A stretch of DNA of 64,000 bases from Callorhinchus milii (taxonomy: Eukaryota). The notes under the pieces are model-generated. The model did no database searches, had not been told where the DNA came from, and worked only from the letters and a program-made list of their open reading frames with translations. Positions 40,241 through 51,737 of the stretch are shown piece by piece. Location: positions 24,738,001-24,802,000 of the forward strand of contig NW_024704745.1 in the NCBI RefSeq assembly GCF_018977255.1, in the 5' to 3' direction. The position numbers were made by a program, and so were the translations under genes. How positions within the stretch are numbered: the stretch's first letter is position 1; each line of letters begins with the position of its first letter.

Positions 40241-40413
40241 CTATTCCACGTACTGTATTTCAAATAGTTTAGTCTCATTACATAAATTAAGCTGACCATA
40301 AGTTTTACCACACTGCTTTCTGTTCAGGTACAAAGCCCACATAGCTACAATTGTCGTGATTCCTATTGTGATTCCAATGAGATGAAGAATCATCTGTAAA
40401 AATCTTTGTGAAT
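40241..40413 (-). CDS. Gene 2 exon 3, TM (D)SQRFLQMILHLIGITIGITTIVAMWALYLNRKQC plus short tail (3' end uncertain)
   Basis: ctctgtatcttcgtgcag|AT acceptor, phase 1, in frame with the IgV exon. Hydrophobic stretch followed by RK. Either splices at G|gtaaaa (40309) or reads through to a stop at 40241 (186 aa total). Confidence 0.7.
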
Positions 40414-41193
40414 CTGCACGAAGATACAGAGTGTAATGAATACCACACAACAGTAATCCAACTGTCAGACCCTGGTTTATAACACGGGATGGTGGATGGG
40501 GGAAAGCTGAACCTCTCAATTTAAAACTCAATTGCTCAGAGCATCTTATTGAAGTATAGAAAGTCACAATATAGAAGAAAGCCATTTGGCCCATCGTGTT
40601 TCTGCTGGCTTTTAAGAGCAACCATTTCAGTCCCATCTATCTGACTTTTAACTGTACCCCTGTAGTTTTCTCCTTTTAGGTACTTATTTAATTTCCTGGA
40701 ACCTTAGATCATTGTCACAATATTTTAAAATTGAAAAATAGTCAATCCACTGTGTGCGTGTGAAATTAAGTCATCTTAATTTCTATTGACTGAAATTATT
40801 TGGTGATATTTCACAGCGTAAACCAGGCAAGAAAGCCAGATCATTGTATTCCTGGAGTTTTTCCATCATCAATGATCACCATTAATTTGACAAAATTTAC
40901 GCTTTGTGGATTAAGCAACACAGCAGTGAAATGATTCAAAAAGTGTGCATGTATTTGTGTTTTTAGTAAAAGTTTAAGATAGAGAGCAGGAAGTATCTAC
41001 TTGGGCATACAATAACATGGTGCCAGTTAGAGGTATCATATTCAAGAATTATTATTTTTGTTATTGGATTATGAACTAATACTCAATGTTCCATTTCTCT
41101 CCTGTTCTGCACAAGGTTATTGTCTTTATTTGCTAGTTCCTTGTCTACTTTTGATTACATTTTTATTAAATTTGATTAAATTTAGGGCATGAA

Positions 41194-41540
41194 GGAGTCC
41201 TGTAGCTCAGTGTGGAGTCCTGTAGCTCAGTGGTTAGCGCACTCGCTTTGCAAGTGAGAGACCTGAGTTCAATTCCAGGCAGGGCGAAACCTTGGGCAAG
41301 TTTCCTTACTCCACACGCCTAATAATAATCCCTCCAAAAACCAAAAACAATAATAAAATTGGTCATTTTCAATCTACAACTGTTTGTGGGACATTGCTGT
41401 GCGCAATTGGCTGCTGCGTTCGCCCACAAATATACAGTCAATTCACTTTACAGTGTGTTCTGTGAAGCGCTTTGGGACGTCCTCCCGATGTGAAAAGGGC
41501 TTATCAAATGTAAGAATTATTATTATATTATTATTATTAA
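41194..41540 (+). mobile_element. Short SINE with duplicated 5' 20 nt
   Basis: ggagtcctgtagctcagtg at both 41194 and 41214. Confidence 0.9.
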
Positions 41541-41784
41541 TTTGTATGCGAGAGTGAGGACATTGAGTTGATCCATTTGAAGACAGGAAGCGAGTGGGGC
41601 CTGGTAAGATGGGGTGGGGGTTTCTTGCAGGTGAAGATATGGGTGTCACAGTATTATATTAGCTGAACCTTGTGGAACAAGGCAGAACAGCGAATAGTGC
41701 AAAACCATTATGCAGATAAAAAAAAGTATTGCAGATGGATTTCATGTATATAAAAGTAAGAAAATGTACTTTGCAACAAGATAG

Positions 41785-41835
41785 ACACACACACACACAC
41801 ACACACATACATACATACCTACATACATACATACA
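41785..41835. repeat. (CA)n/(TACA)n microsatellite
   Basis: Direct inspection. Confidence 0.9.
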
Positions 41836-41974
41836 AACGGGAAGTGGAGAATAACATGAAATCATTGCCAAATATTGTGACAGAAAAATCACGACAGTGT
41901 TCCTGCGTTTTGCAGATAAAAACAACATATTTTAGAAAAACAATTTAAAAAGTTAGAAAACAAGAAGCACTTAC

Positions 41975-42298
41975 CTTGTACATTAACAAGATATGAGTTT
42001 GTGATGCACAAATTGGGTGCTATCAATGTGCACTTGTATGTTCCTGAATCAGAAAGCTGCACATTCTGTATCTGTAGACTGTAGAGTTCCTGAGGACTTC
42101 GTAAGAGCACAAACCTCTGGCTGTTATTCCATTTGTATGTCAGGTTGCGTACCACTTGATATGCAATAATAGTTTCACTTGTACTGTTGGTTATTTTGAA
42201 CCAGTTCACTTGAGTTACGTTTATCACTGAGGTGTTCCTACACTGAAGAGTTATTGTTTCTCCGACTGAAGTGTTAACAGATTCTCTGTCATCAGCAC
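41975..42298 (-). CDS. Gene 2 exon 2, IgV-set domain nearly identical to gene 1
   Basis: 324 nt, phase 1-1, ag/gt flanks, open frame. 7 nucleotide differences from 15351-15674. Confidence 0.95.
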
Positions 42299-43359
42299 CT
42301 GTGAAGGAAACTGTTTAACCAGAAAATGATTGTGATGTGACGAAAGTTGTTAATATTTGTTCTTTCTAGCTCATAATAGCCAGAGACCTGCTGCCCTGCA
42401 ATCCCAAAGCGGAGAGAAAGTGGGGTAGATTTGTTTACAGTTTATACCCCCAAGCTCTGCTCCCTCTCTTGATTAAACTGCAACATCCTCATCTCTTAGT
42501 CAGTTAACGTATTGCTGGATAGTCTGCAACAGGGAATTTTGCGCATTACACAACATGTTAGTAAGGGCTTTTGTGACCCCAGAAATAGACCAGTAGCTAC
42601 ATAGGCTACATGTCCAGCAAATGTTTTTCTAATTATCGTACACAATCGTTAAATAGAATATGGACAACACATTGACATTAATTCAAAATAGGCTGCTGGA
42701 AGGAAGCAGAGGATAGTTGTTAGAGCAGCTAAGTCAAAATGAAGGGAAGTATTAAAATGAAATATTATCTTAATTGAGTTCCAACATTTATGTGTCAGTG
42801 TCATTTTCTACAATTCTGCACCTAACGTCAATGTGTTACATCTGATTAACACTGTAATATTGTTTTATGTGCCAGCAGCAAATATACAGTCACCTCATTC
42901 TCAATTGTTCCACCCATCAACATAAAAATGTATTATTTCAAGTGATGCACAAATTTCAAGCATGTAAAGTGATTATAACAAAATAATCTTCAAGCCAAAA
43001 ACAACGACATAAAGTACTGTAAAAGTAGAACTCATGATCCACAGAGCGCTTGATCTGCTACTTGATCTGCTCCTGGAGGTGTCCCAGCTGTAGGGGAACA
43101 ACCAGTCCCAGACTTTGTGCAACTGGTTTCACACAAAACTGGTCACTGCAGCCATGAGCTGACAAGTAGCATTTCTGAGCATTTCCATGCTGGATCAATG
43201 AACCCTGATTTAAGTCAATTTTATAAGTTATCAACTGTGACATCTACACAAACATAATATATCACACTACATTCTGCATTTTATCACCTAAAAAATTGAT
43301 TAAAAGCCTCAGTTTGTGGAAGGCTTGCAAGAACCTCATCAAAAAAACGATTTTCATTG

Positions 43360-43742
43360 GTGTGTCGTCCTTTAGCGTATCGGTTAGAGCACTCATCTCG
43401 CAAACGAAAAGACCCGGGGCAGGCCGAAATGTTTGGCAAGTTTTCTTACTCCACACGCAGTGGAGTATTTACCTAGCAGTAAGTAGGAACACGATTGTTA
43501 ATTGATTGGTGGATTGCTTTTCTGAGGTAATAATCCCTTCAAAGAATAAATAAAAAATAATAATAATTTTGTCACTCAATCCACGACTGTTTGTGGGAAG
43601 CTGCTGTGCGCCATTAGCTGCCGTGTTTCACCCACAAGGTATACAGTCAGTTCACTTAACAGTAAATTCTGTGAAGCGATTCAAAATGTCTCAACGACGG
43701 GATAAGATGCTATATCAAATGCAAGGATTATTATTATTATTT
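43360..43742 (+). mobile_element. tRNA-derived SINE, long subfamily, diverged head
   Basis: tttacctagcagtaagtaggaac segment, body and tail. Confidence 0.8.
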
Positions 43743-44133
43743 AACAAAGCTACAAACAATTATTTAAAAAAGCCTATTGTAAATTGGTGCTCATTAAAAT
43801 TGTGTCAAAACTTAAAGAAACAGGTAGCAGCATTAGTTTTTGATAACACTGTCTGTTTAATATCATTAAAAATGTCTCTTAAAATTTCTCATCCAATGAA
43901 TTTGATTGGAATGTCCAAGAACCCTTAAAGGATCAGCTCTCAGCAGAACCTGAATTGATTTGCTGAGTTTACACTACAGCACATTGATCTGCTTCTGAAC
44001 ACACTGTTCTCGGCAGCCGTGCTCCAGGATGTTTCAATTAGTATCACATTGCTCAACCCCAATTTATCCTGCACCAATTGTGCAGTTCACTGTGAAGAGT
44101 CCCATATAAATCTGAACTACAGAATATTTCTAA

Positions 44134-44403
44134 AGTCCTGTAGCTCAGTGGTTAGAGCACTCGCCTCACAAGCAAAAGACCTGGATTAAATTCATGGCAG
44201 GGCGAAACCTTGGGCAAGGTTCCTTACTCCACACGCCTGATAATAATCCCTCAAGAAAAAAACAGCAATAATAATTTGGTCACTTCAATCCACGACTGTG
44301 GAAAAAATGCAGTCACTTCACTTTACAGTATATTCTATGAAGCGCTTTGAGACGTCTAGAAGACGTGAAAAGTGCTACATCAAATTCAAGGATTATTATT
44401 ATT
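44134..44403 (+). mobile_element. tRNA-derived SINE, short subfamily, internal deletion
   Basis: Head gtcctgtagctcagtggttagagcactcgcctcacaagc and tail. Confidence 0.85.
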
Positions 44404-44984
44404 AAAGTCTCATGTTGACGTCTTAGAAATGTTCCATTCGGCAACTAATATAATCCTTCCGAAATTTTGATGGCCAATAACTTTCAATAGTTCACTTGTT
44501 CACATTTTTTTAAAACTTCTATCATGTTGAGTAAATCTCATTCATTTTATTAACTTGCTGAAAATCTACAGATATGTTGTGTGCAAAACTCCACTAGTCT
44601 GAATGTTCCCCATGTTACACATTCAGCTTTCATTTAATAAACAGTTAAAAATATCTTTAATCCTTGCAAGTATGTTTCGATCAACTGCTACATTAACAAA
44701 TAACAACATTATACTGAGCATTATCTGTAAATGTACATTTAAAATATTATTTAAAAAATAAACAATTTCCTAATTATTACAATAGAATGTAGAAACAGAT
44801 GGCAACATTTTGTTAACTTCAGCCCTGAGTTCAGGACAACTTCATGTGGTTCAACTTTTGAACAAAATATTAGAGAATAGCTATTTTGTTAGAATGTTTC
44901 TGAGTGAAAAAGATTATTTTGTTCCTGATGCAGTTTTATCCAACATTAAAAATGTACCAATGATCCTTCTGGCAGATTAAACAA

Positions 44985-45290
44985 TTATAATAAATCTTTA
45001 CATTTGATATAGTGCCTTTTACGTCGGCTGATATTGTATTGAGGTACTGGAGGAGCATTGCATTGCTAAAGGCACCGACTTTCAGATAAGACATTAAACC
45101 GAGGCCCCATTTGCCAGTTTGCGACACTAATTGAAAGAGAAGGGAAATCCTGGTATCCTGGATTTTATCCCCCAGATAAAATTGGTCATTCACTTCATGG
45201 CTGTTTGTGGGACATTACTGTCTACAAATTGGCTGCTAATTTGCTTCCAAAAATACAATCATTACACTTTGCAGTAAATTATGTGATGGG
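44985..45290 (-). mobile_element. Old Deu-type SINE fragment
   Basis: aaggcaccgactttcagataagacattaaaccgaggcccc is the reverse orientation of the Deu-like core at 21860-21900. Orientation of the pieces is uncertain. Confidence 0.5.
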
Positions 45291-46292
45291 CTTTGGACAT
45301 ACTCCTAACATGAGTATATTAGGAGTATGTCATTCTAGGAATTGCAAAGAGTATTTTACAATCTGATGGAGTAGGAGAAGAATGTGAATATTCCATAAAT
45401 TCATTAAGACATTATACAGCAGTAAGATTACAGTCCTGCATGGTTACAAGCACTCGATCAATCACACAGATGTCCAGTACCGTTTGCAGAATGTATGATA
45501 TTCTTATGTAAAAGATTATTAAAAGAACCGAGGCTCAAGGATGCACAGAATTGTGGAAATTCTTAAATTCAATCTTAATTTGAAAGCTGGTTTTCACTTT
45601 TCATCTGTCACACAGGTTGAGGATATTTGCAACATTTACAATAGAAACAACATAGCAGTAAAGTAAGTATTTTTGTTCCATTCTGTAAAGTAGATTTATA
45701 GCTATTGACCAGCAAATATTTTAGCCATTGTTGTTAAAGTGAACTGACTGTATACTTTGTGGGTGAAACACGGCAGCTAAATGCACGCAGCAGTTTCCCA
45801 CAAACAGTCATGGATTGAGTGACCAAATTTTTATTATTATATTTTTATTCTTTTGAAGGGATTATTACCTCGGAAAACCAATCCATCAATCGACTAGCAA
45901 TCGTTTATTACTGTGAACTAAAAATACTACATTTGTTGGTTGGTTTTCTACCATTCCTAAATATAATTAACTTACAAATTAAGACTAAATTTAGGAATTT
46001 TCTTCAATTCTGTACATATTACAATGCATTGAAAATTCTAAAAGGATATTGAACTAATCCAATAAAGAGACCAGTTTATAGATATTCTTTTTCTACTTAC
46101 CATTTGGCATTGATAAATAATTAACATTATTTTAGAATATCACACAATTAATTAAAGTTTACAGTCTGGCGTACTAATATATATTCAGTATGGCTTGTGT
46201 GAAACTTTCACCCACTTTACAGCACAGTTTTGTGAATGAGAATCTGTTCTATAAACACAATAATAAATGGAAATCTAGTTTGTGGACTTTAC

Positions 46293-46356
46293 CTGAAATA
46301 ACAATTAGAATATGAATGATCGCAGAGTGAAAGAACAGTTTATCAGAGAACAGCAT
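46293..46356 (-). CDS. Gene 2 exon 1, signal peptide MLFSDKLFFHSAIIHILIVISG
   Basis: ATG at 46356, 64 nt (21 codons+1), ending TCAG|gtaaag like the gene 1 leader. Confidence 0.75.
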
Positions 46357-47279
46357 CTTCTTAATAGAGAGAAAAAGCTCACGAAATTACGCCTCATGTC
46401 ACTTTTACTGGTTCTGATGTTATGATGATGGAGCACGTGAGTTTGATTTCCTGTGTTATACACCTAGTGAAATGGTTAATTTTAGAGATGAAAGATTATG
46501 GTGGGAGAGTTAGGAAGTGAGGCTGTCCACATATTGGTTTTCTACTTAGTATTTGGTATTGATAAATAATTGAATTCATATTATTTTAAAATATCACACA
46601 ATTAATTAAAGTTTACAGTCTGGCCCTGAAATAACAGGTTTCAGAGCCAGAAACCACATTTGAACTGCAGTGGTTGCAAGCACTCGATCAATCACATGGT
46701 TTGCAGAATGTATGATATTCTTACGTAAGAGATTATTAAAAGAACTGAGGCTCAAGGATGCACAGAATTGTGGAAAATTCTCAAATCCAATCTTAATTTG
46801 AAAGCTGGTTTTCTGCAGTTTTTCTTAAAACAAATTTATGAATTATTCCACAATTCTGTGCAATGCTACATTTTAAGACAAAATGGTTTTACAGGCTAAC
46901 TCTAGGTGGAATTTTGGGCCTCTGATTGCGTAAAATTTGCAAGAAACTCAGTATAAAAACATTTGCCCATAACACAAGGTCAAAAAATGTTTCTGTACCA
47001 AATGTGGAATCTACAGCAAGTTTGAACGTAAATGTCCTTAAAATATCTTCAAGCAAGATTGAAGATATGTTGTACTTTCTGACACTCATTGGGCAAAATT
47101 GAAATTAATAGAATATGAGTCGAATCAGCTGTTTAAAAACAATATTGCACTTGTTTGCTGATATTAGAAATAGTGCTGGTTTTATTTAATGTGAGGAAGT
47201 CAGGGAGGTGTTGAGTGCCAGTCTTTAGAAATGGATGGAAATAAGTGGTGTTTCAGAACAAATTCAATCTCCTACAAAT

Positions 47280-47610
47280 TTATTATGAAAGGTCTCAAGT
47301 TTCATCCCATGTTGCATAAAGTGTTCTCCCAGCATATAAAGATGTGTCCAAATAGTTTTACTTCATGTTTCTGTGCACCTGGGCAACGAACAGAAGAGTT
47401 TTCTTCTGATCCAGGACTAAGCAGTGAGGTGGATTTCTTGTTAAAAAGGGAAAGTAACTGTTGGGACGGAGAACTCTGGCCTCCAGTAATCTGTCACACA
47501 ACACCCCGAAGGCATTCAGCACAAAGTTATTTCTTTATTTGTTATTGCAGACAATCCGTTTTGAGGCAGACAGGAATATAGATTGCTATTAAATTGAACA
47601 CTTACAGAAG
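47280..47610 (-). pseudogene. Possible degenerate IgV exon relic
   Basis: Interrupted translation gives EITLC*MPS...W and ENSSVRCPGAQKHEVKLFGHIFIC. Upstream gtttccttc matches the IgV acceptor flank. A paralogous block lies at about 33980-34150. Confidence 0.35.
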
Positions 47611-48543
47611 GAAACAAGCAGTCAGATTAAAGTCTCCACCAATTACATAATAAGTATTGCCACCTTGAAGAGCCACCTCAAGACCCTCTATACAAATGTA
47701 ATTTTGTTGTTTTTGTTGTTGAGAACATTTACAGCATTAAATAATAATATAATAATTTGCAATGAAAACAACATAACAGGTAGGTGAACATTTTTTCTCT
47801 AATCTATAAAATCCACACAGTGAGTCCCTGATTCTGTACTTCAGAAGCTGTAGAGTAGTAGTGAGGAATGAGGATTGTGTACAAACTTATAAATATACAG
47901 TGCTACTCCATAATAATATGCTTCACTGTAATGCAAATATGCTTATGATGCGGTTGCACTGGGAACCCATTATTTGTTCTGAGTCTTTACTGTGATAGTA
48001 TCTTTTAACTTTAATTTTTTAGTTGCACAATTTCTAAACTCTCGGATTTCTAAGCCATTATCTGGTGGACCAGCACAAAGTCTGTGCTCTGTCTAGTCTG
48101 CTTAATGATTTTTTTGTTAGATCGGAGGCCTCAGGTCAAGATGTTAATGACGTGTTTGACCACAAAACACCAAAAGCAGCAGCGCTCACATAGATCACGT
48201 ACATTGTTCTTTGCTTGATTATCTCTGTTAATAAGAGAATTCCCTGTTTCATATTTCTTGTTCCAATACTGATGATAACCTTAATTGATATGTACGCTCC
48301 ATTAACGTCATTTGTCTGCCATTCTGATAGGTGAGTCATTTCCTTTGTTAATGTCTATTAAATACTCTATAATGAATACTGCTGTTTCTGCTGGTGATAT
48401 GTTTCAAACCCAGAAACCACATAGTTCAAAGCCAGAAATCACAGAGTATTTGGCCTGCAGCAGATACACAAATTAGATGTGTCACGCAGATGCCAAGCAC
48501 TATTTCCAGAACGTATGATATTCTTACTTAGAAGATTATTAAG

Positions 48544-48633
48544 CAGTGGCGTAGCTGGGAATAGAAATTTGAGTGAGCACTAACTTATAATGGATGGGCA
48601 ATGTTCAAATTTCCATTCCTAGCTATGCCACTG
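48544..48633. mobile_element. Small hairpin element, MITE-like
   Basis: Inverted arms cagtggcgtagctgggaatagaaatttga / tcaaatttccattcctagctatgccactg, 26/29 complementary. Confidence 0.6.
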
Positions 48634-49205
48634 TATCATACCTCCCACTCTGGCTCTCTTCCTGTCACTCTCTGCACTGCCTCAGCACAAAGAGCAACTC
48701 GAGAGAGCTGGTGTTGGAGGTATGAGGCAGCGCAAAGAGCAACATGTGGCCCTGGGTTCTAATTGGGTGGACCTTATTATTAAGAGCTGCCAATAGTCTA
48801 AATTTGTAAAAACTTCAAAGAAAAAACACTTTAGCATTTAATAGTGTTATAATGCTTGGTCAGAAATGGCATTACAAATCTTTGCTTTTATGTGCCTTGC
48901 GAAAAGAGGAATTTACACTGAAACTTAGATGAATGAATACAGTAAACTCCTTATAATAAATTAGGCAAATGTATAAAAACATAAATAAATGCAGCTGGGG
49001 TAGTGACAGCATGGTGAGTTAAGTGGTAGTGACAATTTAAGGCAGGGTCGAGTTATCAGGAGTTTACTGTATTTTTAAAAAGGCTTCAAACATTTATTAA
49101 GAAACCTTTTACATTTTATGGCACATATTATTGTGATAGGATTTAAAGTGACATTGGTGAATGAAGTTTCCTTTCCCATACATCCAGGTAATTCATGTTT
49201 AATAC

Positions 49206-49640
49206 TTAATAATAATAATAATAATAATCCTTACATTTGGTATAGCTCCTTACACACCCAGAGTTATGTTCCAAAGCGCTTCACAGGATAAATTGTAAAG
49301 TGGAGTAACTGTGTTTTTGTGGGTGAATGTGACAGCCAATTTGCCAAATAGCAATGATGTACAAATAGCTATGGAGTGAATGATCAATTTTATTTGGGAG
49401 ATTGTTGCCAGTACACTGGGAGAGAGCAAATCCCTTTTCTTTTGAATAGTGCCATGGGATCTTTAACATCTACCCAATCAGGCAGATGGGACTTTAACAT
49501 CTAATCCAAAGGACAGCGCAGTCAATAATCCAACACACCCCAGCACCATTTTGGAGTGTCATCTTAGACTAAATGGGTTCCAAATCCTGAAGTGGGGCTT
49601 GAATCCATAACCTTTGACTCAGTGTCAAGGGTACTTTCAA
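49206..49640 (-). mobile_element. Deu-domain-type SINE
   Basis: (TTA)n tail, aatagtgccatgggatctttaacatc, and head remnant gggcttgaatcc. Collinear with 21598-22650. Confidence 0.7.
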
Positions 49641-49774
49641 GTGAGCGAGATTGACATAAGGAAATTTTAGTTCACACTTAAGGATTTTTTTAACTTAAAA
49701 CAGCAAGTTAGAGCACCAGTGTCACTTGCTATTCTATTTGCCATTTAGGCCTCGCCATTAATGAAGTCCTATAG

Positions 49775-50110
49775 TTAGAGCACTCACCTCACAAGTGAGA
49801 GGACCCGGGTTTGATTCCGAGCAGCGTGAAACCTTAGGCAAGTTTCCTTACCCCACACGTCTCTTTTACCTAGCAGTAAGTAGGAACCCGGTTGTTAGTT
49901 AATTGGCAGGTTGGCTTTTCTGGGGATAATAATCCCTTAAAAAGAATAAAAATAATAATAATAATTTGGTCACTCAATCCACGACTGTTTGTGGGACACT
50001 GCTGTTCCCAATTGGCTGCCGCGTTTCACCCAGAAAACATAGTCAATTCATTTTACAGTATATTTCTATGAAGCGCTTTGAGATATCTAGAAAATGTCAA
50101 GGATTATTAA
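49775..50110 (+). mobile_element. tRNA-derived SINE, long subfamily
   Basis: Head and cctagcagtaagtaggaacccgg segment. Confidence 0.85.
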
Positions 50111-50999
50111 TATAAATAATTTATGGATATGACACAAGTTTTCCAATGTTCCTGAAGCCATCTATGAAATGTATGATATTGAAACCTTTGCCTTGTGGCT
50201 GATGAGGGCCACAAAATAATTGCTTCAAAGCACACATAATGAAGAGGACAAAATGCCTTTACCATTGTGGCTCTGCCGAGTTACTTGGGATCTTTATTAT
50301 TTGTCTATAAACCCGACAACTGCCTTCATTGCGATTGTGATGTATTGAAATAATTGAAAACCAGCATATTTTAGGTACATTTATGCTGTTCCATTTGCAT
50401 TATGCCTCAAAAAACAACTGTAATCTAGTCAAATTTAAACATTTAAATGTATGCAGCATGCAATTCACATACATTTGCAGATTTTTTAAAAGTTTATTTT
50501 ACTTTTCATTCTACAAATACAGATCAACACAAGAATTCAAATGCCTGCCTGGAGTTACTACAGTTTCACTTTGAAGCAGAAATTGGTCTGAATTCTTCTG
50601 ACAATTGTTACATCGCTGCTAACCCAGAAAGCACCACCAGGAGGCGACAAATTCAAATTAATGCTAAAGTAAGAAAACATCATCTTAGCAAAATGTTTTG
50701 CCACTGAATGATCTGAGGTTTAAATTCAGTACTCTGTTGGATTTTTCTGTTTGTTCATTTTTAATCTCCAATCCAAAATGATGAGGAGTGGGTAGTACCA
50801 AATCAGGCTTCCGTGACACTTCATGGTATTGGAAGGAATAAAGTGGCTTCACTCCCAGCATTATGAATGAAAACTATATTGAGCTGAAGGGAGGGCTATG
50901 GGAATTTTACATGTAAAAGGTTTTGTGCAGAATGGTAACATTTTTAAAAGTGTAAACGGGAGAAATTCCAAGGTCTGAGATAATTTGCAGTGATATGGG

Positions 51000-51690
51000 G
51001 ATGTGTAAAGGTGTGCAAAACATCCAGGAAAATCAATAATACCGAATGGAATACACTGACAGAATCCAGGAGACAATAAAAACAATGCTTAAAACAATGC
51101 TTAACATGCATTTAATAAGGTCTGAATTTCTGTCCCCCATGAAGCCGTTAGGTTTGCATCGCACATATTTGAAGACGAATGGGAACAACTTGTGTGTCTC
51201 CCTTGGAGAAATTTATCATATGTCAGGATGAAATTTACAACGTTTCATAATGCATTTGATGTGATATAAATAATTTGATGTGGTTATAAAACGTCACAAA
51301 TTTTCTCCCTGTAAAGTGCGCTGAGCACGAGTTGTGTATATTCACATGAGAAGGTCGGAGCAACATGATTTGGTGAAATCCATCTGGCGAGTGAAGAACC
51401 TTCAGATCCAACTGGAATCTGGCTAATGAAAGACAAACTGATCCAATAAGTATAGGCCAAGCAAAGTGTTCATCTCCGTCTGCTGCAGTAATACAATGAA
51501 ACGTCTAAGTTAATAATGGTGTGGAGACATAGGACATGATTATAAAGATTCATCCATGCATATTCTATGGGACTGTCAGATACTTCTAAATTATTTGTTG
51601 GAGATAATGTGTGCCATTAAAGAGATATTAGGGAAAATATGGGAGAGTTTATCTTGTATGTGTCAGCTGGAGCAATGTGAGCTGAGTGGG
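51000..51690 (+). mobile_element. Old L1-type ORF2 C-terminal relic
   Basis: HILWDC at 51559-51576 resembles the L1 H-x-x-W-x-C motif. Otherwise heavily decayed. Confidence 0.4.
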
Positions 51691-51737
51691 ATTGGAGTAA
51701 TAAACAACAATGGATGTGGAGACCTGTAGTGTATTGT

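Noticed and set aside
50194-50213. CTGATGAG as a hammerhead ribozyme core
   Set aside because: No stem II-GAAA-stem III arrangement.
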